Of a DNA stretch of 36,011 nucleotides, positions 32,902 to 36,011 are shown piece by piece. Numbering within the stretch: the first letter of the stretch is position 1; each line of letters starts with the position of its first letter. The notes beneath the pieces are model-generated. The model was given only the letters and a program-made list of their open reading frames with translations, ran no database searches and had not been told where the DNA came from. The stretch lies in assembly GCA_937928235.1 (NCBI GenBank), contig CALEZE010000008.1, positions 1-36,011 on the forward strand, written 5' to 3'. The position numbers were made by a program, and so were the translations under genes. This DNA is from an uncultured bacterium (GTDB lineage Bacteria > Patescibacteriota > Microgenomatia > UBA8517).

Positions 32902-33924
32902 TTAGTCTAGGGGTGGTATTTCCACCATAAACACCTCGCGCTCAACGGTACCGTCTGGCATCTCAACTTTCACATTACCAACCCAGTAAATTGGAGTTTC
33001 GATAGTTACAAGGTACCAGGGAAAGGGCGTATAGTAACTCTTGGTGATTCTTGGGCCGACAACCTCGTTGTCGAATACCATCTCCCAATCCCAGATGTCG
33101 CGCTGGTCAAACAGCATAAAATCATAGGCGTATACCTGAGATTCCACTGAGACGTCAAACGGGTAGCCTTCACTCAGGTTGGTGACCTCCAAGACAAACT
33201 GGCCTTCCCGTATGTCCAAGCTAAGTTCGGCCACCTCGCCAAGCTCAAATCTTTCACCTAGTACATATGCCAACTCTCTAGGAAAAGCAGGGGGCAGCGA
33301 TTGCTCGACCGGTAAAACTTCTATCGTCCGCGTTACTTCTGTACTTCTTTCGTAGCCGATAGCGTAAGAGTAGGTCAGAGTTATCTGGTCTGGCGACGCA
33401 TTTTCAGCAACTTGAAATACTGCGTAACCAAAACCCCTCGCAGAACCCTCATCCCCATAACCAATGTAGCTAACTATTCCCCCAGGCGGGATCATGCTTG
33501 CAGATCTTATGCCACAAAAGAAGTCACGGGAATTGTAAAAGTCAACATACGCATCGTGCACAAAACCCGCGTCTGTTGTGACAACTGGCCTACCCCTACC
33601 CCAAAAACACTGACCGTCAGCAACAGTGTCGAGTGACACCCACGCAAAATCACTGCTAGTGTTATAGGGAACAAGGTAAATCTCAATCCACTTCAAGTTG
33701 TTGCCAGTAGGATCATCTCCATCTGGAAGATAGTAAGCCAGAATCTCCACTGTTCCAGATTCCTCGTTGGTATCTTGATTGTCTGTAACCACGGTTTCTT
33801 GCTCAGCCTCCACCTCCCCTGCCGGTACTCGAGCATCCTGGTTGTTCACCTGAACCTCTTGACTGCCACCACAGGCGGCGGTGAATAGCGAAACAAGCAC
33901 TGCTACCAGAAACAGCTTTTTCAT
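32902..33924 (-). CDS. Probable lipoprotein (hypothetical; no family recognised)
   Basis: MKKLFLVAVLVSLFTAAC-GGSQE is a signal peptide with a relaxed lipobox. An acidic low-complexity linker is followed by a ~270-aa globular part. Strong AAGGAGG 5 nt upstream of the ATG. Visibly higher GC than its neighbours. Confidence 0.5.
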   Translation of the reverse strand: MKKLFLVAVLVSLFTAACGGSQEVQVNNQDARVPAGEVEAEQETVVTDNQDTNEESGTVEILAYYLPDGDDPTGNNLKWIEIYLVPYNTSSDFAWVSLDTVADGQCFWGRGRPVVTTDAGFVHDAYVDFYNSRDFFCGIRSASMIPPGGIVSYIGYGDEGSARGFGYAVFQVAENASPDQITLTYSYAIGYERSTEVTRTIEVLPVEQSLPPAFPRELAYVLGERFELGEVAELSLDIREGQFVLEVTNLSEGYPFDVSVESQVYAYDFMLFDQRDIWDWEMVFDNEVVGPRITKSYYTPFPWYLVTIETPIYWVGNVKVEMPDGTVEREVFMVEIPPLD

Positions 33925-34021
33925 TTCGACCTCCTTTAGGTCATTTGATTTTTTTAGTTTTTAGCTTTCGAAATTTAAAAGAGCGATTTTAATAAAAAAG
34001 TCCGGACACCAAGCGCTTTCG

Positions 34022-34336
34022 CTATTTGTCCGAATCGTATTTTATTTTTGTTACAAAATTCTGAGAAATTTTCTTACCATTAACAGGAATTTGCAAACTC
34101 CATCCCAGGGCATTTGCCACAGAAACCCCGACACGCAAACCCGTATAAGAACCAGGACCTGTGTTTACTTCTATTTCTGTTAGATCTTTAAGAGTTTTAC
34201 CCTTGTCCGAAAGGAGTTTATCTATAAAAGGAAGGAGTTTTTGAGATTTCTCTTTTCTTGCGTCCGCTTCGAAGCGCTCACCATCCAGTGCCACAACAAC
34301 TTTTTCAGAATCCGATGTGTCAATAAAGAGTTTCAT
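34022..34336 (-). CDS. tsaB: Minimal TsaB (YeaZ) homolog, N-terminal ASKHA subdomain only (104 aa)
   Basis: [17 protein letters not shown]...LLPFIDKLL...LTEIEVNTGPGSYTGLRVGVSVANALGWSLQIPV matches the first ~100 residues of TsaB. Start moved to the ATG at 34336, giving an ATGA overlap with the galE stop; the track ORF starts at 34369. Confidence 0.6.
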   Translation of the reverse strand: MKLFIDTSDSEKVVVALDGERFEADARKEKSQKLLPFIDKLLSDKGKTLKDLTEIEVNTGPGSYTGLRVGVSVANALGWSLQIPVNGKKISQNFVTKIKYDSDK

Positions 34337-35316
34337 TTGTCGTACCCATTGGGGTGGCTTTGGTGCCACTTGTAGGCAGACTCAATAATTTCCTTTAATC
34401 CGTATTTTGGTTCCCAACCAAGGGCGCTTTTAATTTTATCTATTGAAGCATATAGGGCATCGGCATCTCCTTCTCTCCTGGGGCCATATTTTACTTTAAA
34501 ATCACTCCCTGTAACTTCTTTTATCATATCTATCACTTCCTTGTTGGAATAACCCCTACCTATACCAACATTGTAATAATCGCTATCTCCTCCACTAATA
34601 AGTTTATCGAGCGCTAGAGTGTGTGTTTCTGCCAAATCTAGTACATGGAAATAGTCTCTTACATTAGTGCCATCCGGGGTGCCATAGTCTTCCCCAAAAA
34701 CTTCGAATTCTTTGCCAGTCAGTGCCGCCTCCATAGCATTGGGAATAAGGTGGCTCTCTTCTGGGTGTGCTTCACCAATCGAACCATCAAGGGCCGCTCC
34801 CGCTGCATTAAAGTAGCGAATGGCCGTGAACTTTATTCCATGACTCTTGTCGAACCAATCAAGCATTCTTTCCCCCATATATTTGGTTTCCCCGTATGGG
34901 TTTAAGGGGTTTCTTGGCATATCTTCTGTTATTGGTAGATTTTCGGGATTGCCGTAAACTCCAGCTGAAGATGAGAACACGATATTGTTAACACCTTTTT
35001 CGACCATTACTTCTAACAGGTTGATTGTTGAAGCTAAGTTGTTCTTGAAGTACTTCAGAGGATTCTTAAAACTCTCACCCATTTGAATGAACGCTGCCAT
35101 GTGGATAACACCATCGAACTTTTCATTTTCAAAAAGTTCAGAGAGCTTCTCTTTTTCCAAAAGGTCAAAAACACGAAGATCAAATCCCTCAATGGCTTCT
35201 TTGTGTCCTTGCGAAAGATTGTCCACTATTACAACTTCGTGCCCTTTGTCTTTTAAATTTCTGACAATAAAGCTCCCAATATATCCCGCACCTCCGGTTA
35301 CAAGTATTTTGCTCAT
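34333..35316 (-). CDS. galE: UDP-glucose 4-epimerase
   Basis: [16 protein letters not shown]...[11 protein letters not shown]...FSSSAGVYG...YGETKYMGE...IRYFNAAGA are GalE signatures. Confidence 0.85.
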   Translation of the reverse strand: MSKILVTGGAGYIGSFIVRNLKDKGHEVVIVDNLSQGHKEAIEGFDLRVFDLLEKEKLSELFENEKFDGVIHMAAFIQMGESFKNPLKYFKNNLASTINLLEVMVEKGVNNIVFSSSAGVYGNPENLPITEDMPRNPLNPYGETKYMGERMLDWFDKSHGIKFTAIRYFNAAGAALDGSIGEAHPEESHLIPNAMEAALTGKEFEVFGEDYGTPDGTNVRDYFHVLDLAETHTLALDKLISGGDSDYYNVGIGRGYSNKEVIDMIKEVTGSDFKVKYGPRREGDADALYASIDKIKSALGWEPKYGLKEIIESAYKWHQSHPNGYDK

Positions 35317-35540
35317 TTGTCTATTTCCTCCATCAGTTTAAATCTGGGGACACTTTTACCGTCAACCTCAACTTCCTCTGTAAACATACTAACAGGTCTC
35401 ACCCACAAGTCTTCATCTCCATACAAAGCTTGATAGACCACAAGTTCTTCTTGAGTTTCACTGTGACTTGCTACTCCAATTACTTTGTAATCTTTCCCTT
35501 TAAAGTGCTTATAAATTCCAGGCTTAACTTCATTACTCAT
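35313..35540 (-). CDS. DUF1653 family protein
   Basis: [46 protein letters not shown] matches the DUF1653 pattern. ATGA overlap with galE. Confidence 0.6.
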   Translation of the reverse strand: MSNEVKPGIYKHFKGKDYKVIGVASHSETQEELVVYQALYGDEDLWVRPVSMFTEEVEVDGKSVPRFKLMEEIDK

Positions 35541-35964
35541 CGAACTTTATCTTCCTTCCATCCCCATCTACCTCAAAATAAATCCAGTATGTGTCTTTTG
35601 GCATGATATCAGCAGCCTTATCCGCCCACTCAACCGCTACTATATTATTTTTTCTATCCCAAATATCTGTCAAGCCAATGTTCTCCATCTCATCTTCAAT
35701 GTTGTTCTCAAGCCTGTATAAATCAACATGGAAAAAGTTTCTCTCGCCAGCTTCATATTCACGCATTAATACAAAAGTGGGAGAAGCGGTATTCTGTTTT
35801 ACCCCCAGCCCTTCTGCAAATCCTTGGATAAAGGTGGTTTTCCCGCTCCCTAAGTTACCCACAAGACCGAGTGTCATGTGGTTTCTTTTTCCTTCTTTTA
35901 AAGAAGCTGCCAGTTTTCTGCCCACTTCCTTAGTTTCTTCGGCGCTTTTGGTAAATATTTCCAT
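35533..35964 (-). CDS. tsaE: tRNA t6A37 biosynthesis ATPase TsaE (YjeE)
   Basis: [21 protein letters not shown] (Walker A), [10 protein letters not shown] and HVDLYRL are TsaE hallmarks. Confidence 0.8.
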   Translation of the reverse strand: MEIFTKSAEETKEVGRKLAASLKEGKRNHMTLGLVGNLGSGKTTFIQGFAEGLGVKQNTASPTFVLMREYEAGERNFFHVDLYRLENNIEDEMENIGLTDIWDRKNNIVAVEWADKAADIMPKDTYWIYFEVDGDGRKIKFDE

Positions 35965-35970
35965 ACTATA

Positions 35971-35979
35971 TATATTGCA
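35971..35979 (-). promoter_or_regulatory. Candidate TGn-extended -10 box 6 nt upstream of the tsaE ATG
   Basis: On the minus strand: TG-C-AATATA (35979..35971), TATAGT, then the ATG at 35964. Same geometry as the boxes at 18743..18776 and 23324..23331. It is near the window edge, so the upstream context is unseen. Confidence 0.25.
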
Positions 35980-36011
35980 AGGCTAGCCCCAATTGTATCA
36001 AAGATAACATC

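Noticed and set aside
32819-32905. 28-codon plus-strand ORF (MAKCKEKPSGDIGLVGRRAPLFSFESLA*)
   Set aside because: It is built almost entirely from the two arms of the terminator hairpin. It has no ribosome-binding site and overlaps the lipoprotein stop. The hairpin explains the sequence.
35591-35986. 131-aa plus-strand ORF opposite tsaE, and similar shadow ORFs such as 29709..30098, 9928..10254, 6524..6868 and 2181..2477
   Set aside because: All are antisense to genes with clear family signatures, and all lack motifs, plausible starts and ribosome-binding sites.
35898-36011. Possible 3' end of a further minus-strand gene entering from the right edge
   Set aside because: Two frames are open from the edge. 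One reads ...[22 protein letters not shown]... and ends at 35898, 67 nt inside tsaE. The other reads ...MLSLIQLGLALQYI* and ends 1 nt before the tsaE ATG. Fewer than 40 codons are visible, so neither can be chosen or assigned.
1-36011. Alternative genetic code (e.g. UGA recoding, as in some CPR lineages)
   Set aside because: All conserved genes (trmD, galU, galE, rmlB, rmlC, tsaE and the GT2s) read through at full family length with the standard code. They terminate at TAA/TGA/TAG at the expected positions. The single in-frame TAA at 14029..14031 is isolated.
1-36011. CRISPR arrays, tRNA/rRNA genes, transposases, integrases, and phage or toxin-antitoxin modules
   Set aside because: I scanned all intergenic gaps (the longest are about 130 bp) and all ORF products. 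I found no direct-repeat arrays, cloverleaf-like sequences or recombinase/transposase motifs. This was a by-eye scan only; tRNAscan-SE, Infernal and minced would settle it.

Overview
This is an AT-rich, very gene-dense bacterial window. I call 37 protein genes, 33 of them on the minus strand, and many junctions are 0-11 nt start/stop overlaps (ATGA type). I recognised no rRNA, tRNA, CRISPR array, transposase or integrase. The gene content suggests a Patescibacteria/CPR (Microgenomates-like) genome: many ArnT/PMT-like membrane proteins, a minimal TsaB, a membrane-anchored CAP-domain protein and -10 boxes almost abutting start codons. That assignment is inference only.

The left two thirds (1..22540) is one large glycoconjugate island. 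It holds up to 8 GT-C-like multi-pass membrane proteins, 3 DPM1/ArnC-like polyprenyl-phosphate sugar synthases (one fused to GtrA) and 6 cytoplasmic GT2/GT4 transferases. It also holds a Wzx-type flippase, a DedA-like membrane protein, an LD-carboxypeptidase and an embedded DHH phosphoesterase. I saw no priming phosphoglycosyl transferase.

The right third carries trmD, an rmlD-rmlC-rmlB block, a YkuK-like gene, galU and a CAP-domain protein. It continues with a 786-aa Ser/Thr-rich surface protein, a GC-rich lipoprotein, and tsaB-galE-DUF1653-tsaE.

The observations most worth follow-up:
- The scale and modularity of the extracytoplasmic glycosylation machinery.
- RmlB fused to an apparently intact Nudix domain, preceded by a 21-codon relic of an rmlB-like 5' end.
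- An HTH plus degenerate-Nudix protein whose start is gripped by a perfect 9-bp inverted repeat.
- An in-frame TAA in one GT-C gene, followed by 44 open codons that still look like the conserved C-terminus and end in an ATGA overlap with the next gene.
- Recurrent TGn-extended -10 boxes 6-8 nt from ATGs, suggesting leaderless mRNAs.

All family assignments come from motif recognition by eye. No database search was run.
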